A stretch of 63,816 nt of DNA, the filler included, from Octopus bimaculoides (lineage: Eukaryota), in the NCBI RefSeq assembly GCF_001194135.2. It is 9 parts of 8 records of this genome, joined end to end, with 100 filler letters (N's around TTAATTAATTAA, not from the genome) between each part and the next. Parts side by side here need not be neighbours in the genome. Positions count along the whole stretch, not along the records: positions 1 to 15,509 come from NC_068996.1; positions 15,610 to 23,251 come from NC_068987.1; positions 23,352 to 33,464 come from NC_069000.1; 6 more parts are not named here. The stretch is one strand, 5' to 3'. The translations under genes and the position numbers were made by a program. Positions 11,811 through 25,441 of this stretch are shown piece after piece (within the stretch, counting starts at the first letter, position 1; every line of letters starts with the position of its first letter). The notes under the pieces were generated by a model that made no database searches, had not been told where the DNA came from, and saw only the letters and a list, made by a program, of their open reading frames with translations.

Positions 11811-12431
11811 GAGGAAGTGAATAGAGAGAGAATGAAAAGAACGTGTTGAGTTCAGTGGTCCAACATGGCGAATGATTGTAAAAGAAAGAGGTTGAATGAA
11901 AGAGAGATAGCAATAATAATAGGTTGAAAGAAGGGGGCATAATTCATGGTGATCCCAACAAGAGGTGGTGCGCAAGCGTGTGTGTGTATGTGTGAATGGG
12001 GGAAAGTGAGTTGACGTGTGTGTGCGTGTGTGTTAGGTATAGTAGTTGATGTGTGCTTTTTCACATGGTGAGTGCACATGTGTGTGTTCACTGTGACGAA
12101 ATAGTGCGCATGTGTATAGTGTATGTATGTGGGCGAAAGTTGTCTTCGTCTGTGTGCTGCGTGTGTGTGTATATATTGTCTGTGTTCAAGTGTTATGTGC
12201 TTGTGTGGATGATGGTGTGTTGTATGGGTGCTGAGAAGTGTGTGTGGAGTGGGAAGGTGTTGTGGGTGTGTGTGTGTAATGATGCGTGAAGTGAGACTAT
12301 GTATGGATGTGTGTATAGTGGTGTGTGTGGGTGAGGGTACAGAAGTGGGTGGTATGCAGGTGTGTAGTTGGAAGGTATGGGAGGTGAGTGGGAATCCGTG
12401 TGGGATTGGTGTCAGATGCAGGCAGAAGGTG

Positions 12432-12707
12432 AGTTGAGCCTTTGTGGCGCAAAGGAACGAAGAGAGAAGATTAATTCTTGTTCACGGCAAAGGCGGGAGT
12501 CCGGGTAGCCCCAGTGCAGAGATAGTCCGAACACAGATGTTGTAGTGAATGACAGGTAAAGCGGAAATGGCGCGAGGTGTCATTACCGAATGTGATGTTC
12601 CAGAGGTGCTCCGCGAACCGGTCAACCAAGCGGTCTCCCGTTTCACCAATGTACAGGGAAGGACAGAGAAAGCAGGAGATTCCGAAAATGACATTACTAG
12701 AGGCGCA
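12432..12707 (-). pseudogene. Penelope-like element GIY-YIG endonuclease fragment
   Basis: Frame not in the ORF track reads CASSNVIFGISCFLCPSLYIGETGDRLVDRFAEHL...RHF...HS. After a frameshift it ends EQELIFSLRSFAPQRLN, a typical PLE C-terminus. Confidence 0.85.
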
Positions 12708-12710
12708 GCA

Positions 12711-12763
<53 letters not shown>

Positions 12764-13369
12764 GCCTGCCTACTTAACCATCTATTCATCTAACAACAAT
12801 TCTGCATTCGAAAAGATATCATCTAATTTGTATTGNNNNNNNNNNNNNNNNNNNNNNNNNNNNNNNNNNNNNNNNNNNNNNNNNNNNNNNNNNNNNNNNN
12901 NNNNNNNNNNNNNNNNNNNNNATATATATATATATATAAAAAAGACAAATTGGCATTAAAAAATCCTGGCAGATATCAAGCAAGCACTCAGTATAAAGGA
13001 ATAAGTTTATATTTCCAACAAGTAGATAACAATAAATGTTTGTAGAATACAAATCCCAGGTAAATCTTCATGTACGACAGGTAAATCCAATAATCCTTAT
13101 GCTGAATCTTAAGAAATTCAGAGTATTAATAACAATCAATTATATGTACGAAGAAAATCGTATATTTTAGATCACATCTTAAAAATCCAACAATTGTTTC
13201 AATTGCATTAACATATACATACATACATACATACATACATACATACATCTATATATCTATATGTATATATATATTCATTCATACACACATACATTTATTA
13301 AAATTAATAATAATTTGTATGAAAATTTATGTCAACACAACATTATCAAAGTAATCCATATTGGTTAAA

Positions 13370-15441
13370 TTCTAACTGAGCAACTGAAAAAAATTTATCT
13401 GTTAAAAAAAACGCTCACAAAAAGAAGCGCAAAAGCAAATTTAACTTTGGACATTCATTCATTCAACCAAGAGTGACGTCATTGAATAACTAATTTAGTT
13501 TATGAAGATAAAATATAAAAAATACCAAACTAATTCCATATTTTTTGACAATTTGAAGTTTACATAAAAATACAAATAATGCTAAGTTTTCAAATCTAAC
13601 AATTAGAAATTTAGCTGAGATTATTGCGGCACTAAATAAACAGAGAATAAGAAAATATCTAAATTCTAAATCTATAAATAATTGTAGAACTGATTATATG
13701 TATAGTGAAATTAACGTTATTGATAATCATTCGGAACAAGGTTTTGATTCTATAATTGATCAAAATGCTGATAATATAGTTAGTCTTTTACCTTGAATTA
13801 ATATTAATTCTAATAGTAGAAGTAGTAGAAAATAATAATAATCCAACTTTAATACCTACTTTACAGACGGGTGCTAGTAGAAATTCTTCTAACTATGAAG
13901 ACAATTTACAAGTGAACAAACCCATGTGTAATTCTGTAAACAAAACTCGATGACCTTCAGGAAATCAGTGTTTAAAGAAGAATATAGTATATCAATGTGA
14001 AGTAATAATTAGACATCGTATGTATTGGAATATTGGTTCTTCTGCTATTAGTTGGAAATCAAGAATTTATAATCATCCTAATTCCTTTAAATATAGAAGA
14101 AAATGTAATTCTACTAATCTTAGTAATTACCTGTGGAATCTAAAGGATAACAATATTAAATATGGTTTAAAGTGGTCAATTATTAGTTATGCACCATTGT
14201 ATAATATTGGTAATTCTACTTGTGATCTTTGCCTCGAAGAATTATATTTTATAATTACTTTTAAATTAATTTTATTGAATTTTAATGGGTACTTTAAAAT
14301 GTTGCCATAAAATTAGAAAGACATTCAAATATTTCAATTATTAATTATGATCTTCTAATTATTTATTATATAATAAGGTTAATTTCTTTTAATGATTTTA
14401 ATATAGTAATTAATTAATCATAGCGATGTAAAGTGTTCAAGCTTCGATTAAGCGTAACGTATTATTCTTATCTATAGTTATTTTCTTTAATTATCCACCG
14501 AAATCATCTAGAATTGTATATATTATTATTTATAGGAATTTTTTTATTATTATATAATATTCTGAATTCCTATAAAAGAGTATAATATAAAAATAAATAC
14601 AATAAATAAGTATTTAATTATCTTAACCGTTATTTTTTATCTTTAGTTATCTAGCGTAGTTATCAGTAATTGTACATATTATTAATTATTATAAGTTTTC
14701 AATTATTATATAATAAGGTTAATTACTATATTAGGTCTTATTATAATTAATAAATAGATATTTGACTGTCTTTTCTGTAATTTTTATTATTTAATTATCC
14801 AGTGAGATCCTCGGTGGTTGTATATGTTGTTGAATATGTTCTTCAGTTATTATAAAATAAGATTCATTCCTATAGAAATAAATAAATAGCTAATTAACTA
14901 TTGCGAGGAGGCTCTGTGCGTCTGTCAGTACGACCATTCCCCCCCTCTGTCCATCCGTACTTCTGTCTGTGTGTACGAGTGTGTTGATATATATATATCT
15001 ATCTGTCTGTCTATCTGTATTTATCTGTCTGCCTGTTTGAATGTCTGTCTTCATGTATCTAAGTTTCTATTAAGCATTACGTAGAATTATTGTCTGTAGT
15101 TTTTATTCTTTGGTTATCTAATAAGCATAACATAGAATTCTTGTCTGCAGTTTTTGTTCTTTAGATATCCAGTGACGTCATCAATGTTTGTAGATAAATT
15201 TACTCGTTTTCTACGTTAGATTTAAACATTTTTTTATATATATTTTTATGTAGATTACAAATTGTCAAAAAATATGGAATTAGTTTGATATTTTTTATAT
15301 TTTATCTTTATAAACTAAATTAGTTATTCAATGACGTCGCTCTTGGTTGAATGAATGAAAGTCTAAAGTTATATTCGGTTTTGCGCTTCTTTATGTTAGC
15401 GTTTTTTAACAGCTAAATGTTTTTTAGATGTTCAGTTAGAA
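13370..15441 (+). mobile_element. Penelope-like element remnant bracketed by 230-bp inverted repeats
   Basis: 13370-13600 is the inverted copy of 15215-15441. Contains a GIY-YIG remnant and several degenerate direct repeats (TTAATTATCCAGTGA-like) at 14480-15180. Confidence 0.7.
13920..14310 (+). pseudogene. Penelope-like GIY-YIG endonuclease remnant
   Basis: ...QCLKKNIVYQCEV...NIGSSAISWKSRIYNHPNSFKY...STNLSNYLWNLKD...KWSIISYAPLY...CDLCLEE. Matches the PLE Uri-domain pattern. Confidence 0.75.
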
Positions 15442-15478
15442 ATTTTCGTACATATTATTATTAATCTTAATAATATTA

Positions 15479-15509
<31 letters not shown>

Positions 15510-15609
15510 NNNNNNNNNNNNNNNNNNNNNNNNNNNNNNNNNNNNNNNNNNNNTTAATTAATTAANNNNNNNNNNNNNNNNNNNNNNNNNNNNNNNNNNN
15601 NNNNNNNNN

Positions 15610-15966
15610 TTAGGTATAATAAAAAAAATATTCAGACAAATACATAACAAAAACATCAGGACTTACAAATATACATAACATACAGAAAATTGCATTACTG
15701 GGCACTGCACACATCCTACGCAAAGCACTTTCAATACAGTAACCATAAAAGCATCACAGCAAACCACAGCACATACCCAAGGCACACAGAGCTGCGCTCG
15801 GTTGTGAAGTGAAAGCATATTATAAAAATAAAACTACTGAATAATAATAATAATAATAGTAATAATAATATGCCAATACACACAGATAGAGAAATTAAGG
15901 CAAATAGACCAGATATAGTTGTCAAAGATCATGAAGAAAGAAAATGCTTTCTAATTGATGTATCAA
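15610..15966 (+). mobile_element. R4/Dong-like RLE retrotransposon: 3' end, (TAA)n, then a second internal piece
   Basis: IQKIALLGTAHILRKALSIQ* plus 3' UTR, (TAA)n at 15840-15869, then MPIHTDREIKANRPDIVVKD...FLIDVS at 15870-15966. Confidence 0.85.
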
Positions 15967-16329
15967 GAGTGGGACCTTTCAAGGAAAACCTACAGAAATA
16001 TGAAAATAATCGTTACTTTTCACATCCAAGACCACCATCTTAACTTCTGGAGCTAAGAAGATGGTCCGAAACTTCAGATCCCGTCTATTCCGAAAAAATA
16101 CCGTAATTTCGCTCTCCGTTGACTTTCGACATGAAGATAAGCAAATCGTGTACCCACAGAAATAGAGAGAAGCTCTTGTGGACCTAAGACTCTGGTCCGC
16201 TGATGGCTATTACATCTACATCTAGTGTCCTTGTTGAGCTGATGATACTGCTAAGGTGCATTTACACTGACTATTCTATGCACAGCCATGTCTCAGAAGA
16301 GTGAGTGAGAAAAAGGATCACTTACTTCA

Positions 16330-17270
16330 TTCCAGTCGAGAGGCAGGCCTTTCGTCCCATTTGATAACTTCGGTTATTTCCAGGAGCAGTCGTTTATATG
16401 GTCATTGTTTTATAATACTCCTCAAGTCCCCCAAATCTTTAGGATATCTATTGTTTTAAGAAGCTGCGTGTTGTGAAATTTGGATAATGTCCATGTGTGT
16501 TGGTATGCTAATGGTTAATGTGCTGAGGTTATTAGGTATGATGCTTGAACTTTGGCGCCTGTGGCGCTTAGGTTCTTTTCACAATTTGTGGTAACGATGA
16601 TGAAATTAGTAAATTCTTTTTTCTTCATGTTGGAGCATGTGTTCTGAATGTTGGCGTGTATGAATTTGTTTACCTCCTATTTGTGATGAGGCTGCTTACG
16701 TTAGCTTTGATGGCAATGATGGATATGAGTGCGCTGATAGTGCAACTGTATTTGCTGGTAGTGGTGGTATTGATACATGGTTGCGTGAAGGTACATTTCC
16801 CATTTGTTGTTAACACCCAAACATTTTTTCAGTGTATATTTATTTGTTTTTATTTTTTCCTTTGTAACTTTTTATCATTTGGCACCCTACTCGTCGACTT
16901 TGCTGCATGACATATCTGTGTCGTTTGGACCATGTGTTGGCGAGGTTTATGTTGTTCTTTTGCTGGTGTAGTTCTTGTGGTGGGGTTAACTGTTGCCACT
17001 GCAAATTCTGCAGTCACCGTTGTTGCTGTTCTTGCAGCTGCTGGTTGTACTCTTTCTCTCACTGGTGCTGTTTTTATCGCCTGTTGGCGCTACTGGTGAT
17101 GTTTCCGCTGTTGATAATGCTGTATTGGGGCTGGTGTGGATGTCGGCAGAGCTGGCAGTCTTTCTTTTTCTTTTGTTGTGGACAGAAAGCGTTGGGGTAT
17201 ATTTTATGAAGGCACACATATTGGACAATATAGATATAAATAAACAGGTAAGGTTGGTGGTAATGTAGGG
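16330..17270 (-). other. Possible decayed retroelement ORF1/gag-like sequence
   Basis: Strong A/C bias on the minus strand. Broken frames include CQLCRHPH, CRICSG and a basic KRKRK motif. No clean domain match. Confidence 0.22.
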
Positions 17271-17627
17271 TGAAATATAACAATGTAGAAAAGATCAGGG
17301 TCAATTCAGTCCTAGATAAAAATAAAATTTACAAAAAGATATCCCTCAAATTGTTGCACCCACTTCCATCTAATCAAAATGCCGTGTTCGCAAGCAAATA
17401 AATACATTACGATATAAACCAACTAACATATGCTTACAATAAAAACATAGAAAGAATAACTACTAACACTTACCATCAGTTTTCAATTACTTTAGGAAAT
17501 ATTTAACAAACAGTGGTTAAGCTCGCTTTTGTGTACAAATGTATGAATTATTTTTGAAGCAAATAGGCAATAGAAATAATTGAAAATATACATTTAAATG
17601 TTATATGTTATATGTGTATTATTAGAT

Positions 17628-17832
17628 AGCTGGCAGAATAGTTAGCACGCCGGGCGAAATGCCTAGCGGTATTTCGTCTGTCGTTACGTTCTGAGTTCAA
17701 ATTCCGCCGAGGTCAACTTTGCCTTTCATCCATTCGGGGTCGATAAATTAAGTACCAGCTGCGTACTGGGATCGATGTAATCGACTATCCCCCCGCCCCA
17801 ATTTCATGCCTTGCGCCTTTAGTAGAAAAAAT
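17628..17832 (+). mobile_element. tRNA-derived SINE family B
   Basis: AGCTGGCAGAA...GTTAGCACGCCGGGCGAAATG...GAGTTCAAATTCC...GGGTCGATAAATTAAGTACC. Many copies in the window. Confidence 0.85.
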
Positions 17833-19004
17833 TAGATAAATCTCAAACATAGAACAATTTTACTTTTAAAGAATATCATATTTATAATTATATATAATCA
17901 GTTACACATAACCTCAAATTGATATGGCACAAATCTATCAATTTGCGCAGTCATTTAAATGCTGTAGTCATTCAAACGTATTCTCTCAGCTCGTTCAAGT
18001 TGACATCAAAAGATATATATATGTATGGATCTATGTATGTGTGTATGTTTGTATGTGTGTATGCATATTTATTCATACGTATATACGCATATATGTAAGT
18101 AATGTATGCATATATAAATATGTGTGTGTGGATACTCAATATAATCATAGACGTTCGATTCGCACCAGGTACTTCCGGGTTTGGTCATATTGCGCAGCAC
18201 CGTTAGCTAGTGATTTGTGGTATAATCCCAGATCAACCAATGAAACTAGTTTGACAACTAGTGTTGGTCTCATTGTAATATAGCGATTCGATTGTATAAA
18301 CCGCTGCAATAAATATAAGACTTAAAATAAGTACTGGAATGGATTTGCACGAGCGACTAACCTTACGAATTGCTGATCCAATATAGCTACCGTCCAATGA
18401 CTGGCAGAAGTAAAAGAAAAAAATCAGTATATATATATATATATATATATATATNNNNNNNNNNNNNNNNNNNNNNNNNNNNNNNNNNNNNNNNNNNNNN
18501 NNNNNNNNNNNNNNNNNNNNNNNNNNNNNNNNNNNNNNNNNNNNNNNNNNNNNNNNNNNNNNNNNNNNNNNNNNNNNNNNNNNNNNNNNNNNNNNNNNNN
18601 NNNNNNNNNNNNNNNNNNNNNNNNNNNNNNNNNNNNNNNNNNNNNNNNNNNNNNNNNNNNNNNNNNNNNNNNNNNNNNNNNNNNNNNNNNNNNNNNNNNN
18701 NNNNNNNNNNNNNNNNNNNNNNNNNNNNNNNNNNNNNNNNNNNNNNNNNNNNNNNNNNNNNNNNNNNNNNNNNNNNNNNNNNNNNNNNNNNNNNNNNNNN
18801 NNNNNNNNNNNNNNNNNNNNNNNNNNNNNNNNNNNNNNNNNNNNNNNNNNNNNNNNNNNNNNNNNNNNNNNNNNNNNNNNNNNNNNNNNNNNNNNNNNNN
18901 NNNNNNNNNNNNNNNNNNNNNNNNNNNNNNNNNNNNNNNNNNNNNNNNNNNNNNNNNNNNNNNNNNNNNNNNNNNNNNNNNNNNNNNNNNNNNNNNNNNN
19001 NNNN

Positions 19005-19040
<36 letters not shown>

Positions 19041-19149
19041 CTTACTTGGAGGCAATGCGTGGTGTTCGATCATACAATAACATAAATAATATATAATTAT
19101 ATGCATATATCCACACATATATGTACATACCAACATCTTTATGTATACA

Positions 19150-19287
19150 ATGAGAAACGAAAACATAAAGACGAGGCCAGAAAACGAACATTTTTTTCGA
19201 ACAACGAGAAACGAGACATGCAACACAAAGAATATTACCCATCTTCAGTTGTCCCTGCTCCAACTACTCCGCGTTTCGAAGGCAAGG
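19150..19287 (-). mobile_element. Fragment related to the 7011-7362 palindrome arms, with HHR half-motifs
   Basis: Minus strand: CCTTC-GAAACGCGGA-GTAG...CTGAAGATGGGTAATATTCT, similar to GGAGTAGCTGATGAAGGAAATATTCT at 7194. Cut by the gap at 19288. Confidence 0.45.
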
Positions 19288-20341
19288 NNNNNNNNNNNNN
19301 NNNNNNNNNNNNNNNNNNNNNNNNNNNNNNNNNNNNNNNNNNNNNNNNNNNNNNNNNNNNNNNNNNNNNNNNNNNNNNNNNNNNNNNNNNNNNNNNNNNN
19401 NNNNNNNNNNNNNNNNNNNNNNNNNNNNNNNNNNNNNNNNNNNNNNNNNNNNNNNNNNNNNNNNNNNNNNNNNNNNNNNNNNNNNNNNNNNNNNNNNNNN
19501 NNNNNNNNNNNNNNNNNNNNNNNNNNNNNNNNNNNNNNNNNNNNNNNNNNNNNNNNNNNNNNNNNNNNNNNNNNNNNNNNNNNNNNNNNNNNNNNNNNNN
19601 NNNNNNNNNNNNNNNNNNNNNNNNNNNNNNNNNNNNNNNNNNNNNNNNNNNNNNNNNNNNNNNNNNNNNNNNNNNNNNNNNNNNNNNNNNNNNNNNNNNN
19701 NNNNNNNNNNNNNNNNNNNNNNNNNNNNNNNNNNNNNNNNNNNNNNNNNNNNNNNNNNNNNNNNNNNNNNNNNNNNNNNNNNNNNNNNNNNNNNNNNNNN
19801 NNNNNNNNNNNNNNNNNNNNNNNNNNNNNNNNNNNNNNNNNNNNNNNNNNNNNNNNNNNNNNNNNNNNNNNNNNNNNNNNNNNNNNNNNNNNNNNNNNNN
19901 NNNNNNNNNNNNNNNNNNNNNNNNNNNNNNNNNNNNNNNNNNNNNNNNNNNNNNNNNNNNNNNNNNNNNNNNNNNNNNNNNNNNNNNNNNNNNNNNNNNN
20001 NNNNNNNNNNNNNNNNNNNNNNNNNNNNNNNNNNNNNNNNNNNNNNNNNNNNNNNNNNNNNNNNNNNNNNNNNNNNNNNNNNNNNNNNNNNNNNNNNNNN
20101 NNNNNNNNNNNNNNNNNNNNNNNNNNNNNNNNNNNNNNNNNNNNNNNNNNNNNNNNNNNNNNNNNNNNNNNNNNNNNNNNNNTATATATATATATATATA
20201 TATATATATTCATGGCTTTATATATGGATAAATGTGTGTGTGTGTACAATATTGGCGGTGATGGTATTAATTACCTAGTCTGTATTCGATGAACCTTATA
20301 CCAACATCGGTCTTCACGTAAAATTTAATTGAGTTATTAAA

Positions 20342-20746
20342 TTAAACATATGGAAGTTTTGCAGTGGTGTCATTGCTTGCAGCACTAAACTGAAACAGAT
20401 CGTCATACAAATAACGTACGCTTCGTATCCTTGCCCATAAATTGTCGATTGCTTCCGGACCAGCCATACAATACAATACAGGTGACATAATATTAGACAT
20501 CATCCCTGTCCCTCTAAATATAATTCCCTCAATACACAAATTTATTACTTACCAATATAATCCAAAGCACGCAATAAAAAATGTCATCATTTATAACAGT
20601 CCTTTTAATAATTGAAATAACAATTGTAATTTCACACTATAAATCATGTTCAAATATAAATATTTACGAAGGCAGTAAATGACTTTTGTATAACTGAATA
20701 ATGATGTAACATGGAGTAGAGTCAACAAAGTAGTCATAAATTGGAC
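20342..20746 (-). pseudogene. Possible class-A GPCR TM5-TM7 remnant (weak)
   Basis: Single frame with 2 internal stops: ...LFSYTKVIYCLRK...LLKGLL*MMTFFIACFGLYW*...MSNIMSPVLYCM. SPVLY resembles NPxxY. Confidence 0.22.
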
Positions 20747-20948
20747 CTAGTTTATGCTTTGTAATTAGAGCAATGCTTCATATAACTTCATATACATCAA
20801 TTCATCTGGCAGTTTGCCATTAATAGAATTTTACAATCATAAGTGTAACGGTGTACGAATAACCATGTTTATATACTTGAGCAGCTGAGATAAATTTCAT
20901 TTTCGTGTTACATGCAACATAATCATTTAAATACTGGGAAATAATACT

Positions 20949-21163
20949 GGTTTCAAATGTTGGCACGAGGCGAGTAATTTCGGTGAAGCGGCAATGTCGA
21001 TTACATAAACCTTCAGCGACCAACTGCTCCTTATTTTCTCGACCCTGAAACGATGAAAGGCTAAGTCATCCCCGGTGGAATTTGAAATCAGAGCGTAAAG
21101 CCTGACGAAATACCGCTAAGCATTTTGGCAGGGGCGATGACGATTCTACCTGCTCGCCGCCTT
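20949..21163 (-). mobile_element. SINE family B
   Basis: Reverse complement of the family B head and body (AAGGCGGCGAGC...CGGTATTTCGTC). Confidence 0.8.
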
Positions 21164-21844
21164 AATACTGTGACTAATATTAAGAGGGATCTAACAGTTT
21201 CACTGATATGCAGATTTTGTTTAGAGAAAATAGACAATTAAATTGTAAAATTTATGCCTTTCGAAAAGCATCAGATTCAAATTAATATGAATTCGATTAA
21301 GACTTCATATACTTCATCGTGATATTAACAAATGAAGGAGGCAACGAAAGTAACTATATCCACTAAATCATTTAACCATTAGGGTATAAAAGCATTAAGT
21401 TAATTGATTGTTACAAAGGAACACGGCATGAAAATCAGTGTATGGGCTTAGTTGATTAGATCAGCCTTATATAACAACGAGTACGTTCTTTTATCAAATC
21501 TGGAAAGACGAACGCAATTTGTTCTCAGCAGGATTTGAACTTAGAGCATAGATAGTCAGAATAATTGCCGTAAGACACGTTGTCAGGGTGCTCAAATGAC
21601 TTTTGCCAGACTACTGCTTTTGAATTAGTTAAATAATACAATAAATAACAGATGGTCATAGAAATGGGAATTAAACACACAACTGTATGTTATTATAAGG
21701 CCAAGATTTTTCTTTACATATAATGTTGCTTTGAAATATACAAATGTGTGAGTATATTATTTTCAGATAAAAGCGTGGTATATGAACAGTTGAAAGTATT
21801 AAAGGCATTTTTTTTACTTCTGTATATGCCATCGTGTTTTAATC

Positions 21845-21900
<56 letters not shown>

Positions 21901-22051
21901 GAGTTCCAAATTTTGGCACAAGGTAAGGAAATTTAAGGGGAGGGGCTAGTCAATTACATCTACACCAGTACATTATTAGTACTTTATTTTATAGAAGCAT
22001 AAGTGTGAAAGGAAAGGTATATGAGATTTGATTTTCTTAATAATAATAATG

Positions 22052-22115
<64 letters not shown>

Positions 22116-23204
22116 TAATATGTAACAAAAAAATAGATCAACTAAAATAAAATACATTTACATAAGAAATTGTTAATACCATTAGTACTATTAACAGTAA
22201 TCATTCATAAGAATTCATGGTCGAATCGATATACAACAGATGGTTATGTACATTCTGTAATATAGGTAGTAAAGAACAATGCTCAAATGTACAGAAATAG
22301 CAATGAGAAATAAGAGCGCCAACAAACAATTCTCTATAGGGAAATATTCCATTTTCCAGGTTTATTTGATTGCTTTTAACAAAGAAACAAGAAATAAAAG
22401 CATAATGGTGCTGATTCTAAGATTCTGCAGCTCTTTTCAAACGAACGTCAGTCAAAGAAGTCTATAGCAATCCCAGGAGAGATACGAATTTCTTTTACTC
22501 TTCTCCATTCAGTTTATTGTATGTAAAATATTTTTCGGCCATCTTATCATGAAAAGAATGGACAGTTTTTTTTCTTTGGTATAGCCTTTTTTGTCTTGCG
22601 ATTGTTAGCATATTGTGATTTACATCCAAAACATGAACTTAAATTGTAGATTTTTGGTTTTAGAAATCCTAGTCTGTAAATATATTCAATATTTGTTTTC
22701 GTTTTTTTTTTTTTACTTTTTCAAAATTTTATTTTGTTACATTTTCAGTTTTATATATACAAGTATTCTGTTTGTTAACAACGTAAAAGAACAATAACGT
22801 TTTTTATTGCATGAGCATATCGAGAAAAGAAAATTAAGTTGATGACAATATAGAAACATACAATGTAATATACCTACCCTAAAAGATCCTGTAGTGTGGC
22901 AAGTCTAACTTTAACATGGAAAGTTGGCGATCTTCATTTTCATCGGATTATCCGCTCGCTTGGTAATTGTTATAATATTTGGTGCGCCGTAATTTCTCCT
23001 CCCATTAATTAATAGCCAAATGCCTCCACACTCCCCTCGCGTGCAATCATATATCTCTGCGCAATGGTGTTACGTCAACAATGTCAGTACATACCATCGT
23101 GTCACGTAACAGATCCATCGGTTCAGATGATATACTCGTATGTGTCTTGGCATAGAGGCTTCTAGCTCCTGTTTTGAAGTTAGCATTTTCACATAACAAA
23201 TTTC

Positions 23205-23208
23205 ACCC

Positions 23209-23244
<36 letters not shown>

Positions 23245-23473
23245 ATATATANNNNNNNNNNNNNNNNNNNNNNNNNNNNNNNNNNNNNNNNNNNNTTAAT
23301 TAATTAANNNNNNNNNNNNNNNNNNNNNNNNNNNNNNNNNNNNNNNNNNNNGCACATACACATATACATATACATATATATACACATACATGTATATATG
23401 TAAATATATACATATACATACATATATGGACATATGTGTGTGTGTTTATGTATTCATATATATATGTGTATGC

Positions 23474-23516
<43 letters not shown>

Positions 23517-24024
23517 TATATTTATATATATATATACATATATACGTACATATATATGTACATATATATGTACATATATATGTATGTGTATTTATGTACA
23601 CACATACATGCATACATGCATACATACATACATGCATATATACAAGCATACATACATACATACATGCATACATACAAACATACATACATACATACATATA
23701 TACATACATACGTTCATAGTTTGTTTTTCATTATTTATGTGTCCGCCATTGCATATTTATCTACTTCTTTCCCACTAAGTCAAACTCGTCCATCTTAAAC
23801 ATTCTGTATGTTCTTCACCGCTACCTCTCCTCGTCATTACTGTTCTTGAGGTGGCTGTTCTTGTTGTTGCTGTGGGCCTTGTCATTGTTATTGCTCCCCT
23901 CCTTCTCCTCCCCCCACATTCTCACCTCCTCCTGTCTTGTGATATCACAACAATTTACCTATTTTCTTTTTTACCTATCTGTCTGTTTGCCTGTTTGTCT
24001 GTCTATCAATCTAACTACCTACAG

Positions 24025-24066
<42 letters not shown>

Positions 24067-24154
24067 GCTGTGTGTCTATTTGTCTGTCTATGTATATATG
24101 TATGTACGTATCTACGTATATATATANNNNNNNNNNCAAGTAGGTATATATAGC

Positions 24155-24221
<67 letters not shown>

Positions 24222-24300
24222 GTCTGTCTGTCTGTCTGTCTGTTTGTCAGCCTGCCTCTCTGCCTGTCTGTCTGTATGTCAGCCTCTCTGTCTGTCTGTC
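23205..24300. repeat. Microsatellite field (TA, CATA, CTAT, CTGT)
   Basis: Directly visible tandem di- and tetranucleotide repeats. Confidence 0.9.
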
Positions 24301-24426
24301 TGTTCGGCTTTCAGCCTATCATTTTACTATCTAGTCGAGCATCCTGATTGACGTTACCAATTTTCGTCCATTTGTCCTCATTTCCATCAAAAGTCTCACA
24401 GACACACATACGCAGACACACAATCG

Positions 24427-24466
<40 letters not shown>

Positions 24467-24723
24467 TTAAAAGACACAAACACGCACGCGCACACACACA
24501 CACACACACACTGACATATCAATAGTTCCCCTAATATACCAATCTCACTTCCCATCATACATTCTGTTGCTGTGATAGTATCAGTCTTGCCAAATCATTT
24601 CATACATTTCAAACATCTCTTTTCTGACCCAACTTTTACGTTACTGCTTGATATGTTGTTGTTGTTGTAGCTATCGTTGTTTTCGTGTTCCTTGATCTTG
24701 TTGGAGCTTCGCTTCAAGTTACT

Positions 24724-24753
24724 TTCGTTTGTTGTTGTTGCTGTTGCTGCTGC

Positions 24754-24805
<52 letters not shown>

Positions 24806-24820
24806 CTTCTTCTTCTTCTT

Positions 24821-24889
<69 letters not shown>
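24724..24889. repeat. Compound trinucleotide microsatellite (GTT)n(CTT)n(ATT)n
   Basis: Directly visible. Confidence 0.95.
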
Positions 24890-25441
24890 GAGTGTGGGAG
24901 CAGTGCATGCCATCAAAGTGAGACTAAGGTAGAATATACGAAGCCCAGTATACTCATCATGTCCACCCGTCTGATAAGGGTACACCAGGCACATGCATCA
25001 CGATATGTGCGCGACATAGTGATCTCATATCAAGATAAACAGTGCATGAACTTGCAGGTGGGGCCCAGTTAGAATTTTTTTCAGGTCGAAATGCCCATCC
25101 TGCTCAAAAGGTCCCTGAATAAGAGTTGTTTAAGGATGTTGAACAAAACACCCATGTTTCCAAAGGTGATTTATTCAATCCACAAAGAATTCTTCTCAAC
25201 ACATGGCTATGATGCTCCCTCACTACTTCTGCTCGTGATCAGAGATGCACATATCGTCAGCCACCAAGGGACATGCTCAACTGGTTAAGGTCAAACAACT
25301 GACAAGCAAATCTGTGGTATTGAGCAGAATATTTGCTGTAGCCCATCTTTTATACCAAGACAAAACAATGTACATAATAAAACTGCCAATAAGTTAAGAT
25401 CAGAAGCCGTGAGAGCTACTGCTTGGTACTGCATCAGGGCA

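Noticed and set aside
16040-16090. CTAAGAAG...CCGAAAC, and a similar ghost at about 59425-59460, as hammerheads
   Set aside because: Too many core changes and no credible stems I or III.
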